Below, piece after piece: positions 18,529 through 27,844 of a stretch of DNA of 64,000 bases. The notes beneath the pieces were generated by a model, which was given only the letters and a program-made list of their open reading frames with translations, searched no databases and was not told where the DNA came from. This stretch comes from Candidatus Blackburnbacteria bacterium (GTDB lineage Bacteria; Patescibacteriota; Microgenomatia; UBA8517; UBA10165). Location of the stretch: positions 358,479 to 422,478 of the forward strand of contig JACPEJ010000001.1 of assembly GCA_016183565.1 (NCBI GenBank), written 5' to 3'. The number at the start of each line of letters is the position of its first letter. The stretch's first letter is position 1. Made by a program: the position numbers and the translations under genes.

Positions 18529-19098
18529 ATGAACAAGGTTTTTGCGGTCGCAACAATTGTTTTGGGATTGTCACTTATTCTAGTAGCACCAGTATATGCT
18601 GTACAGAGGAGGTTGCCTACCTCCGCACCGACTCCAACTCCCACCCCTACCCCCACTGTTGTTCCTGTCAATTCGTTTGAGTTGTTTTGGCCACTTGTTG
18701 CAGGCAAAACAGAAGGTGATTCTTTTTATTCTTTGAAGCTTATTAAAGAACAGGTTCAAGGTTGGTTTATTTTTGACGGTTCAAAAAAAGCAGATTATCA
18801 AGTTTTCTTGGGTACAAAGCGTGTACTAGAATCAGAGAAGCTTATTAAAGAAAGTAAAGCCAAAAATGCTGAGAAAACACTTGAACGAGCAAGTAGTAAC
18901 TTTTCTCGAGCGTATGATTTTGCCAAGACCGCAGGAGACAAAGGTAACTTTGATGCAGGCAAAGTTAGAAAGGATAGGCTGTTTAACGTAAAAACCTTGA
19001 TTGACTCACTGAAGGTGTTTGCCCCGAGTGATCTGAACATAGGTCTTGATGTGGTTAGGGGTAAAGCAGATAGACTTCTAAGCGACTATTTACCCTAG
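18529..19098 (+). CDS. Secreted DUF5667-like protein with Pro/Thr linker
   Basis: Signal peptide (..APVYA), PTSAPTPTPTPTPT, then GDSFYSLKLIKEQVQGWF..KKADY..KRVLE. Confidence 0.7.
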   Translation: MNKVFAVATIVLGLSLILVAPVYAVQRRLPTSAPTPTPTPTPTVVPVNSFELFWPLVAGKTEGDSFYSLKLIKEQVQGWFIFDGSKKADYQVFLGTKRVLESEKLIKESKAKNAEKTLERASSNFSRAYDFAKTAGDKGNFDAGKVRKDRLFNVKTLIDSLKVFAPSDLNIGLDVVRGKADRLLSDYLP

Positions 19099-19115
19099 GA
19101 CTATTAAGGGTGGAC

Positions 19116-21233
19116 CTACTCCCCGAAAGTGAAGATCCGGAGACCAATACTTGATAGGTCACAAGGATAATTTACAGGAGAAACTAGTCTTATATACTGA
19201 GCGTTATCTCCTGGAAAAAGAAAAACAAAATCTGCATTATATCCGGCTATTTCCCTCACAGAGAAATTATTTACACTCTCGTCTTTTTGAAAGTACTGAT
19301 CTCCGTCCGTAGAAATGTACACAGTTGCGCCAATTAACTTATTTTTACACTCATCCGAAGGAAAAGAAAAAGTCAAAGCCTTAAGCTTTTTTATTCTATA
19401 AAGCGAAATAAAAATTTCTTTTTTACCATCATAGGCAGAGTATGTTCTCTTGAATTGCTCACTTGTTCCTTCTATATTAAGACCTTCTTTAAGGTATTGC
19501 TTGTCATTTTTCCATATTTTTAAAACTGGAACACCATCCACTCTTACGGCATATACCTCGTTGAGAAAGTTATCTAAGTATTTATGTCTAAAAGTATTAC
19601 TGAATATATCTTGTCCAACAACAAGCGCCATTTGGTATTCTCCCTCTTGGTTGTAGCCGCTTCTGGAACCATTAGAAAAATCGATATCTTCTCGAAGAGA
19701 TAGGCGAGATATATTTTGTGCATTTCCAGAAACTAGTGCAAGTTTTGCTCTTAGTTCTGCATTTTGGTTTATCCACTTTACGCCTTGTAAGTAAGCGTTA
19801 CCGTAAGTATTTCCATATCCAGGGAAATCTTTTTCCGCTGCACCTTTTAGCCCTCCTATGAGAAAGTTAAAATAAACATTTTGGTTTGGATGTATTTTCC
19901 AAAGAGTCGAGAGTGTGGGTATAAAACCAGCTAAGATTAGAAGAGATACAATTAAGCTGATAATTTTTTTCTTTGGTCGTTGAGACAGAAAATACTTTGT
20001 CAGGATTTTAGCAATAAAGTTTCGCAAAAAAAGTGCGCCAACACTCGCTATCATTGCCATGGGTGCAACAAATTCCATAATTTGTCTTAACCCCCCATAT
20101 ATATTAGTTATTGAAAAAGTTACCCTAAGAATTGTAAAGTAAAAGAAAGTAAGCCAAAGAATAGTGACAGAACCTTTTTCCTTAAAACGAAAAACGCCAA
20201 CGATAGAACCTACAAGAAGCAGAAAAAGGGTAAAGGGGGGAATTGTATACAGGAAATATTTGATGCTAATAAGTTGTGTGCACTCTGTGAACCAGAATTT
20301 CGTTAAGGGAGAATGGGGACATGTTGGTCCGCCAATGTCTTTATAGTACATAACGACTTGATAAATTTTTTCTGCGGGATTAGGCCACAAAGCTGGCCAA
20401 GTCAGAAAGAAAACCAAAAATATGATTATTGGATAGATGGCAAGAGCAAGAAGCATTCTTTTTGAGAAGATCTGTTTTAGGCGGTGGTAGTTTGTGAATA
20501 GGTAGGCTGCAAACCAAGGGAAAAGAATAAATGGAGCAAATACAAAATTAAACTTTGTGCCGAACGATGCTCCTCCTGCTAACGCAGAGAGAATAAGGTA
20601 TAAAATCCTCTTTTTTGTAAATGACAGCCAAAAGAAATATAGAGAAATAATAAAAAACGTTGCCATTGGAGGGTCTTTGATATTAAAATGTTGTTCTGCA
20701 AAAAGAAGCGGAAGGGTGTAAATTGTTAGTACGGATATAATGGAAGCAAAGGTTCCGAAAGTTCGTTTTGCCCAAATAGAGACGGTTAAAGCCAGCAAAA
20801 ATGTGGTAAACACACTGTAGAGGTGATAACTGTCTATATCTTCGACCCAACCCAGATATTTGAAAAAGACTGTGTTGCTTGCCGCAAGCATCAAGTCACT
20901 AAAAGCAGGATGTCCGTAGGTGCCTTTTGCAACCCAGCTATTAAAGTCAAGAAGATTGCTTTCGTATTCACTAACACGCACTTTGCGATGTCTGTCGCAG
21001 ACTTCGCCCGTAGCCGCGTCTACGTGGGAGTTTAAATTATATTCACTTTTACAAAGACTGGGTAAATCGGAATAGTCCGTTTTATGAGATAAAATATAGC
21101 GTAAATAAGCTTGGCCGCGTGCAAAGTGAACTGGTGAATCCCAATTCATTCCATAGTCATATTGTGTTGTAAGGGCAACAATAAAAAACAGTATTGGAAT
21201 TAAAAAGGAGGAAAAGCGTTGGATTAAGGTCAT
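19116..21233 (-). CDS. GT-C glycosyltransferase with C-terminal beta-sandwich (discoidin-like) domain
   Basis: YGMNWDSPVH, HFNIKD, GTKFN, YGGLRQIME and HPNQNVYFN motifs; paralog of 25672 gene; start 21233 preferred over 21278. Confidence 0.75.
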   Translation of the reverse strand: MTLIQRFSSFLIPILFFIVALTTQYDYGMNWDSPVHFARGQAYLRYILSHKTDYSDLPSLCKSEYNLNSHVDAATGEVCDRHRKVRVSEYESNLLDFNSWVAKGTYGHPAFSDLMLAASNTVFFKYLGWVEDIDSYHLYSVFTTFLLALTVSIWAKRTFGTFASIISVLTIYTLPLLFAEQHFNIKDPPMATFFIISLYFFWLSFTKKRILYLILSALAGGASFGTKFNFVFAPFILFPWFAAYLFTNYHRLKQIFSKRMLLALAIYPIIIFLVFFLTWPALWPNPAEKIYQVVMYYKDIGGPTCPHSPLTKFWFTECTQLISIKYFLYTIPPFTLFLLLVGSIVGVFRFKEKGSVTILWLTFFYFTILRVTFSITNIYGGLRQIMEFVAPMAMIASVGALFLRNFIAKILTKYFLSQRPKKKIISLIVSLLILAGFIPTLSTLWKIHPNQNVYFNFLIGGLKGAAEKDFPGYGNTYGNAYLQGVKWINQNAELRAKLALVSGNAQNISRLSLREDIDFSNGSRSGYNQEGEYQMALVVGQDIFSNTFRHKYLDNFLNEVYAVRVDGVPVLKIWKNDKQYLKEGLNIEGTSEQFKRTYSAYDGKKEIFISLYRIKKLKALTFSFPSDECKNKLIGATVYISTDGDQYFQKDESVNNFSVREIAGYNADFVFLFPGDNAQYIRLVSPVNYPCDLSSIGLRIFTFGE

Positions 21234-21308
21234 GCTTGTACAAATAGGGCTTCGTAGTACCCTTAGACGTGGTATCATTATATACTAGTTGCTCAGGGGT
21301 AAAAGATA

Positions 21309-22316
21309 ATGATTGTAGTAAGAGCGCCGCTACGAGTAAGTTTTGTTGGTGGAGGTACAGACCTTGCCGATTTTTATACACGCACACCGGGCCGCGTAAT
21401 TTCAACAGCTATCGACAAATGGGTGTATTTAGTTATCAACAAAACTCCAATGATTGATAAAATATCAGCCCGTTATTCTATTACTGAAACTGTAGATAAG
21501 CTCGATGAGCTACAACATACTCGTATTAAAGCAGCATTACTCGACTTAGGGATTGAAAAAGGAATTGAGATTGGCTCATTTGCTTCACTTCCAGCTAAGA
21601 CTGGTTTGGGGTCTTCCTCCAGCTTTTCGGTTGCATTGATGAAGGGCCTCCATGCTTCTTTTGGGAGAAGCCTAACACCATACCAGGCTGCAGAAGAAGC
21701 ATGCCGGCTTGAGATTACGCTGTTGGGAGAACCTATAGGCAAGCAAGACCAATATGCAGCGGCTTTTGGTGGCTTGAACCGCATTCAATTTAATCCAGAC
21801 CATAGTGTGGAAGTCAAACCAATACTGATAAACTACCGTGTCCAATCAAAAATTGAAGATCATTTGCTTATGTTTTTTACGGGTATCACACGTTTTGCCT
21901 CGGAAATTCTGACAGAACAAAAAAACAATATTTATCAAAAATTCGACACCCTCTGTGAAATGGCCGACTCAACCTTTGATTTTGAAAAGATGCTTCTTGG
22001 GGGAGATGTAGAAGGTATGGCAAAGATGCTCCACAGTGGGTGGCTTCTCAAACGCTCTCTCGCATCCTCTGTCTCCAATTCTGCCATTGACAATCTTTAC
22101 AGTATTGGAGTAGGGGCGGGTGCATTGGGTGGAAAGGTGCTTGGTGCTGGCGGGGGTGGTTGTATTCTTTTTATAGTGCCTCCTAAAAAATGGAGTGGAG
22201 TATCTAAGGAGCTTTTGAAAGAATCGGCAAGGAATAGTCTTTCTCAAGCAAGAGTTATCCCTTTCCGTTTTGCTAATTTTGGAACTGAAGTTGTATTTGA
22301 TGACCAAATAACATAA
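21309..22316 (+). CDS. hddA: D-glycero-alpha-D-manno-heptose-7-phosphate kinase (GHMP family)
   Basis: RAPLRVSFVGGGTD, GLGSSSS, IGKQDQYAAAFGG and GGKVLGAGGGG motifs. Confidence 0.8.
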   Translation: MIVVRAPLRVSFVGGGTDLADFYTRTPGRVISTAIDKWVYLVINKTPMIDKISARYSITETVDKLDELQHTRIKAALLDLGIEKGIEIGSFASLPAKTGLGSSSSFSVALMKGLHASFGRSLTPYQAAEEACRLEITLLGEPIGKQDQYAAAFGGLNRIQFNPDHSVEVKPILINYRVQSKIEDHLLMFFTGITRFASEILTEQKNNIYQKFDTLCEMADSTFDFEKMLLGGDVEGMAKMLHSGWLLKRSLASSVSNSAIDNLYSIGVGAGALGGKVLGAGGGGCILFIVPPKKWSGVSKELLKESARNSLSQARVIPFRFANFGTEVVFDDQIT

Positions 22317-22326
22317 ATTAATAGTA

Positions 22327-22353
22327 TCAGCCATACCCAGCGGCTAGGGCTGA
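22327..22353. terminator. Possible hairpin between convergent genes
   Basis: TCAGCC...GGCTGA stem; no clear U-tract. Confidence 0.3.
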
Positions 22354-22375
22354 CTGACAAAAGAGAAATTACCTT

Positions 22376-23500
22376 TTATGTTTTCTTTGTTTTTCGTATA
22401 ACTCCCAATGCCATCATTTTTTTAAAAGCCTCGTCAGATCTATCTTCAATAGGTCCTAAACTCTCAAGATACTCCTTATACTGCTGCATGGACTTTTCCA
22501 AACTTACTTTAGGTTTCCAACCTAACTTGCTTATTGCCTTAATACTCGAAACCGTTGAGCGAGTATCACCCAATCGGAAAATACCTGGAATTTCTGGCTC
22601 TAAAGAGGAATCGAACATTCTTAATATTATCTTTGCGAAACTTAAGTTTGTATAACCTCGGCCACTTCCAACAAAGAAAACTCTATTGTTTGCCCGATTA
22701 TCTTCTAAAACTAATAAATTAGCTGCAGCAACATCATATACACTCACATAATCCTTAAGTCCTAAACCGTCTTCAAACAGAACGGGGCGTTTATTGTTTA
22801 AAATTCTTTGAGCAAATACTCGGGCTATTCCTGAGTAAGCGTTGTAAATTGAATTCCTTGGACCCTGCACGTAGGTATATCGCATGCACACTGTTGGTAT
22901 ACCGTGCTTTTTACCCAGTACATCAGCCAGTAATTCAATTACATACTTAGAAACACCATAAGTAGTAGTTGGCCGGGCGATGTCCTCTGTCATTAGAACG
23001 TTCTTTGCTGGTTTGCCACAATTCGGGCATTTCAAATCCCACTCACCCCTTTCTAGTTGCACTAAAGGACGTTGTACAGCCCAAAACTTACCGTGCACAG
23101 AGCATTTCCATTTCCCATCTCCTGCAACTGCCTGAGAGGAAGCAAAAATTATTTTCTTAATGGGGAGTTTGTGTTGTAATATAAGTTCAAACATGAGCGC
23201 GGAACTTTCTGTGTTAGTGTGTATGAAATGCGAAAAGTCAGGAAGATAATCTTGGTAGGCAGCTAAATGATAAACTGCGTCAACTCCTTTTAATCCTTTT
23301 AATAGATCCTTTGGATTTGCCACATCTCCTTTAATAAATTCCACTTCGTTGGGAATATAGTCAGGCTTGCCTTTTGGATGTACTCTTTCTTGGAGATTAT
23401 CTAAAATCTTGACGGAATATCCTTTTTTCAGAAGTAAATCTATTGTGTGAGACCCGATGAATCCAGCTCCACCGGTGACTAAAACCTTGTGATATTTCAT
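22376..23500 (-). CDS. NAD-dependent nucleotide-sugar epimerase/dehydratase with CxxH..CPxC insertion
   Basis: TGGAGFIG, YGVSK (YxxxK) and CSVHG..CPNCG motifs. Confidence 0.85.
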   Translation of the reverse strand: MKYHKVLVTGGAGFIGSHTIDLLLKKGYSVKILDNLQERVHPKGKPDYIPNEVEFIKGDVANPKDLLKGLKGVDAVYHLAAYQDYLPDFSHFIHTNTESSALMFELILQHKLPIKKIIFASSQAVAGDGKWKCSVHGKFWAVQRPLVQLERGEWDLKCPNCGKPAKNVLMTEDIARPTTTYGVSKYVIELLADVLGKKHGIPTVCMRYTYVQGPRNSIYNAYSGIARVFAQRILNNKRPVLFEDGLGLKDYVSVYDVAAANLLVLEDNRANNRVFFVGSGRGYTNLSFAKIILRMFDSSLEPEIPGIFRLGDTRSTVSSIKAISKLGWKPKVSLEKSMQQYKEYLESLGPIEDRSDEAFKKMMALGVIRKTKKT

Positions 23501-23536
23501 GAACTATTCTAACATTAGAGTGATTTTTGAGCAAAC

Positions 23537-24313
23537 ATGGTTAAGTCTTTAACAAAGGGAGCCTGGATACTATTTTCTGAAAAGTTTGGAACTAGTATTT
23601 TGCACCCACAGTTTATATTGCTAAGGTTTCAGAGAGAGGTACTCGAAGAGGCGAAAAAGTATGCAAAAGGTAAGTTGGTGGATATAGGGTGCGGCCGGAT
23701 GCCTTATAGGAAAGAATTCGAACCTCTTGTGGAATCTTATATAGGTGTGGATCACCCGGAGGTTTCGAAACTTTATGGTCCAGATAATTCGCCGGAAGTG
23801 TTAGCAGATGCGAAGAAACTTCCTTTTAAGACTAATTCTTTTGACACTGCTTTGTTGCTTCAGGTGTTAGAGCATGTTGATGATCCAGAGAGGGTAATTA
23901 AAGAAGCCTCAAGAGTTTTAAAGCCGAACGGAGTGCTGATTGTTTCGGTACCCTTTTTTTATCCACTTCATGATATGCCTTACGACTGGGGTAGGTATAC
24001 AAGTGTGGCCTTAAAAAGTTTAATGAAGGGTGCATCTCTTCGTCTTGTTAAGATAAAGACACAAGGAGGGTTTTTTGAATTTTGGTTGCAAATGTTGAAC
24101 ACATTTCTTGTCAAGCGTATAAACGACATACTCTTGACTAATTTTGGGTTTCATTCTATTGTTTTACTTGTCGTTATTGTGGCTTTTTCCCTACCTATGT
24201 TTTTGTTTAATAATTTATTAATAGTAATTATTAGTTCTATGTCACGCCTGTTTCCCAAGTACCCTGATTATTTCCCATTAGGTTATTTAGTAGTTGCGAG
24301 GAAAAAGCCATGA
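23537..24313 (+). CDS. Class I SAM methyltransferase (type 11)
   Basis: DIGCG, QVLEHV, RVLKPNG and HDMPYDWGRY motifs. Confidence 0.85.
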   Translation: MVKSLTKGAWILFSEKFGTSILHPQFILLRFQREVLEEAKKYAKGKLVDIGCGRMPYRKEFEPLVESYIGVDHPEVSKLYGPDNSPEVLADAKKLPFKTNSFDTALLLQVLEHVDDPERVIKEASRVLKPNGVLIVSVPFFYPLHDMPYDWGRYTSVALKSLMKGASLRLVKIKTQGGFFEFWLQMLNTFLVKRINDILLTNFGFHSIVLLVVIVAFSLPMFLFNNLLIVIISSMSRLFPKYPDYFPLGYLVVARKKP

Positions 24314-25539
24314 ACCGTCGGAAGATTAAAGTACTTGTTTTAACAAGCTCATTCCCTAGGTATAAGAATGATTGGTGGCAACGTACAATTTTGAGTATTT
24401 ATAGTAATATGGATCTGAAAAAATATTCTGTCACTGTTGTCGCTCCGTCGGGTCCAGACTCATTGATTTCAGAAAAAATTGGCGGAATAAATATTAGAAG
24501 GTTTAACTATTTTTACCCAAGATCTCTACAAGTTCTTACGTCTGGGGAGGGCATACTATATAGCGGTAAGAAAAATAGAATATTGGGTAAGGTCCAGATG
24601 TTTACTTTTATTCTTGCTGAATTCTTTACAGCTTTAAAGTCATTAATGCAAGAAGATTTCGACATTATACACGCAAATTGGATTATTCCCCAAGGTTTTA
24701 CAGCAGTTCTTTTGGGATTCATTTTCCATAAGAAAGTAGTAGTCACAGTACACGGTACAGATGTTTTTGCTTTGAAAAAACTGAATTTTATTAAAGCCTT
24801 TATTCTTAAATATTGTGATCTGTGTACTGCAAACAGTTCTGTTACCAGAGATGCCGTAAAAGAAATATACCCGAAGGCAAAAGTGGAGATAGCATACATG
24901 GGAGTTGACGTAAGGTTATTCAATCCGCTTAAGCGCAACAAATCGTGGATAGAAGGATTTGGAAACAATCCAAAAATAATTTTGGGCGTAGGAAGGTTGA
25001 TTAAATGGAAAGGCTTTGAATATCTAATAAAAGCATATGCCCAAGTTTTAAAGTCTGTTCCTAATGTAAAACTAGTTTTAATTGGCAAGGGTCCTGAAGA
25101 AGATGCTCTAAAAAAGTTGGCAAGCAAACTTGGCCTTAAAGAAAATGAAGAAATATTTTTTATGGGAACATTTGGACCTGACAAATTACCAACGATTTAC
25201 GCATCAAGCAATTTAGTCGTTTCACCATCAATAACAATTGCTAAAACCGGCGAAAAAGAAGGCCAGGGAAATGTTGTGCTGGAAGCACGAGCCTCAGGAG
25301 TTCCTGTAATAGCAAGTAGGTCAGGCGGACTTGTTGATACAGTCGATGGGAAAACAAATGGGCTTTTATTTGAAGAAAGAGACTATAAAGAACTAGCCAA
25401 AAAAATTATACTTATTCTTTCTGACGAGGTGTTAAAGAAGAGACTATCAAAAAACGGATTAAAGTATGTAAGAGAGAACTTCTTCTGGAAAAAGGCAAGT
25501 GCGAGATTTTGTGAGCTGTATGAAAGTATTCTCTCTTGA
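24310..25539 (+). CDS. GT4 glycosyltransferase
   Basis: TSSFPR, HANW, HGTD and EGQGNVVLEA motifs. Confidence 0.9.
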   Translation: MNRRKIKVLVLTSSFPRYKNDWWQRTILSIYSNMDLKKYSVTVVAPSGPDSLISEKIGGINIRRFNYFYPRSLQVLTSGEGILYSGKKNRILGKVQMFTFILAEFFTALKSLMQEDFDIIHANWIIPQGFTAVLLGFIFHKKVVVTVHGTDVFALKKLNFIKAFILKYCDLCTANSSVTRDAVKEIYPKAKVEIAYMGVDVRLFNPLKRNKSWIEGFGNNPKIILGVGRLIKWKGFEYLIKAYAQVLKSVPNVKLVLIGKGPEEDALKKLASKLGLKENEEIFFMGTFGPDKLPTIYASSNLVVSPSITIAKTGEKEGQGNVVLEARASGVPVIASRSGGLVDTVDGKTNGLLFEERDYKELAKKIILILSDEVLKKRLSKNGLKYVRENFFWKKASARFCELYESILS

Positions 25540-25678
25540 CCTAAAAGGTCTATTTCTAGTTCCTTTGGGCTCCCTCTTGTTTTTAGTGATGGTGTTATTT
25601 GCCCTAAGTGGTTATGGTATTGGTTGGGATGAACCCCAATATATTATTCAAGGTTGGGCATGGGGAGGCAAATGTTGA
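25520..25678 (+). pseudogene. 52-codon N-terminal remnant of a GT-C paralog
   Basis: MKVFSLDLKGLFLVPLGSLLFLVMVLFALSGYGIGWDEPQYIIQGWAWGGKC* mirrors LSHYGINWDAPSHLIRGQAY of the next gene. Confidence 0.7.
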
Positions 25679-27741
25679 GTAACAAAGTTGTAGCTCTGTT
25701 TCTATCTTTTTTGTTTTTTATTTTGGGTTTAGCCACCCTATCGCACTATGGGATTAACTGGGATGCACCGAGCCACCTTATCCGAGGTCAGGCATATTTG
25801 CATTATTATCTGACAGGAAAAAAAGACTACACAGATATTGATCAATGGAATTTATATAGAGAAAAAGAAGAGGAGATTCGAATAAAAACTGCGCATGATA
25901 GTGTGCCAAGGTACAGACTTTATTTTCAACAGGTTGACACTATTTTTTTTAACCCCGATGTACCTAAAGATCAAGTTCCTCGAATAAGTATATACCAGAA
26001 CACAGGTAAGGATCTTAATGATGTAGTGGCGCATTATGACTATGGCCATCCTCACATAAGCGATGTTTTGTCTTCTGTATTTAATCTTGTATTTTTCCAA
26101 AAACTTGGCTTTTTAAATGACATAGACTCATATCGCGTTTATGGAGTTTTGCTCTCGAGCCTGCTTGTGGGCTTAGTATTTTGGTGGACTGCAAACTCAT
26201 ATGGGAAATTTTCTGGACTTGTTGCCGCATTGTCACTTTCCCTTTATCCACTTTTCTGGTCAGAATCGCACTTTAACAACGAGAAGGATATTCCACAGAC
26301 TGTTTATTGGAGTTTCCTGCTGTTTTCCGTGTGGCGTGGTATTACAACTAAAAGTTGGAAATGGATATTGACATCTGGGGTATTTTTTGGTCTTGCTCTA
26401 GGTAGTAAATTTAATGCCCTTTTTTCGATATTTGTCATTGTTCCATGGCTTACTCTGTATCTTGCTTCTAAGCGCAAGAGGTCCTTCTCTGTTGTCGCTT
26501 TTCTAAAAAGACACACTAAGTCTATTTTGGCTTTGGCTACTGCGCCAGTTTTAGGCCTCACCATCTTTTTTGGTACTTGGCCATATTTTTGGGTGGATCC
26601 GGTAGGTAAGATTACAAAAATGATAAATTTTTATGTAACTATAGGTATGGCTGACAATGTTGACCACCGCTTTCTTGGCCTGTTGGGGGTAAACACATAC
26701 CCGCTTCAGTGGATTTTGTATACTACTCCACTCGTGATCTTGTTTCTGTTTTTTGTGGGAGTTGGAGTAGCTGTGTCGAGATTGTTTCGGGAAGATAAAA
26801 TGCAGTCTTTGCTTTTTTTGCTATGGTTGACTGTACCCATAGCAAGAGTTACGTGGCCAGGTACTAATATATATGGTGGAGTGAGACAGATTATGGAGTT
26901 TATACCGGCCATAGCTATAATTGCGGGAGTCGGAGGAGGGCAACTTTGTAAGTGGGTAGGGGGTGGTTTGGGGAGGTGGGGAATTGGGGTGTATGGGCAG
27001 ACTTTTGGTGCTTCTCTTTTGATACTGGTGCTTTTTGTGCCGTTAACGCTAAAGCTTGTTGAGATTCACCCTAATGAGAATGTCTATTTTAATCCTTTAA
27101 TAGGGGGACTTAGAGGTGCTGAGGAACGGGATTTTCCGAGCTGGGGTGTTTCGTTTGGCGCCCCGTACAGAGAGGCTATTGAGTGGATAAATAAAAATGC
27201 TGAGCCAGGGGCAAAATTGACTCTCCCTGAGATATTGAGTAATATTCCGGGTGTATTTATTCGACCGGATATAGATTACGATTACAAAGGTGACAGTGGG
27301 TATCTTCAGCAAGGAGAATATGTGATATCACTTAGATTTGACGGGACTGAGAATCGGTCCTATTTTGACATGTACCTAGACAGAATGATTGAGCCGTTGT
27401 ACGAGATAAAAGTTGATGATGTCGCGATCCTCAAAATCTGGAAAAATGATAAAAGATATCTTAAAAAGGAGTGGAAAATTGAGAGCGTTTTGGATAAAAT
27501 CAAAGTTGTAAATAAAGACTCAGTTATTCTTTTTGACTTAGGCAAAGAGGTAAAACTGTCAAGGTTGGAATTGGAGTACGTAGAAAATTCCGCCTGCTCA
27601 GAGCTTTCTTGGGCTTATTTGATAGTTTCAAAAAACGGTAGAGACTGGGAGAGAGTTCCTGGAGTTTTACCAGAGGAGGTCAGGATCAAAGCCTTAGGTA
27701 TTCAGCCATCAGGAGGAAAGTTTATTGAGCCTTTCGCCTGA
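25672..27741 (+). CDS. GT-C glycosyltransferase (paralog of 19116-21233); probably truncated by a premature TGA, frame open to TAA at 27831
   Basis: YGINWDAPSH, HFNNEKD, GSKFN and YGGVRQIME motifs; GGAGG before ATG 25672. Confidence 0.8.
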   Translation: MLSNKVVALFLSFLFFILGLATLSHYGINWDAPSHLIRGQAYLHYYLTGKKDYTDIDQWNLYREKEEEIRIKTAHDSVPRYRLYFQQVDTIFFNPDVPKDQVPRISIYQNTGKDLNDVVAHYDYGHPHISDVLSSVFNLVFFQKLGFLNDIDSYRVYGVLLSSLLVGLVFWWTANSYGKFSGLVAALSLSLYPLFWSESHFNNEKDIPQTVYWSFLLFSVWRGITTKSWKWILTSGVFFGLALGSKFNALFSIFVIVPWLTLYLASKRKRSFSVVAFLKRHTKSILALATAPVLGLTIFFGTWPYFWVDPVGKITKMINFYVTIGMADNVDHRFLGLLGVNTYPLQWILYTTPLVILFLFFVGVGVAVSRLFREDKMQSLLFLLWLTVPIARVTWPGTNIYGGVRQIMEFIPAIAIIAGVGGGQLCKWVGGGLGRWGIGVYGQTFGASLLILVLFVPLTLKLVEIHPNENVYFNPLIGGLRGAEERDFPSWGVSFGAPYREAIEWINKNAEPGAKLTLPEILSNIPGVFIRPDIDYDYKGDSGYLQQGEYVISLRFDGTENRSYFDMYLDRMIEPLYEIKVDDVAILKIWKNDKRYLKKEWKIESVLDKIKVVNKDSVILFDLGKEVKLSRLELEYVENSACSELSWAYLIVSKNGRDWERVPGVLPEEVRIKALGIQPSGGKFIEPFA

Positions 27742-27844
27742 CAAGTTGCCAAGTTTATTGAAATTAAACTTAATCCAGAAAACTCTTGCCTTAAAAATGT
27801 TATTGACTCACGTTTGTATTACTTTGAATAATTAAACAAAAATA

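Noticed and set aside
18625-18657. ACTCC/ACCCC repeats as CRISPR or VNTR
   Set aside because: Degenerate codons of the Pro-Thr linker; no spacers and no cas genes
24513-25184. 223-aa minus-strand ORF
   Set aside because: Antisense shadow of a GT4 gene; the other short nested ORFs in the track were rejected for the same reason
27739-27741. Genetic code 25 (TGA=Gly) for the whole genome
   Set aside because: TGA ends many complete genes in ATGA overlaps (906, 8903, 16611, 24313, 43899, 45239, 46042), and long ORFs are intact under code 11
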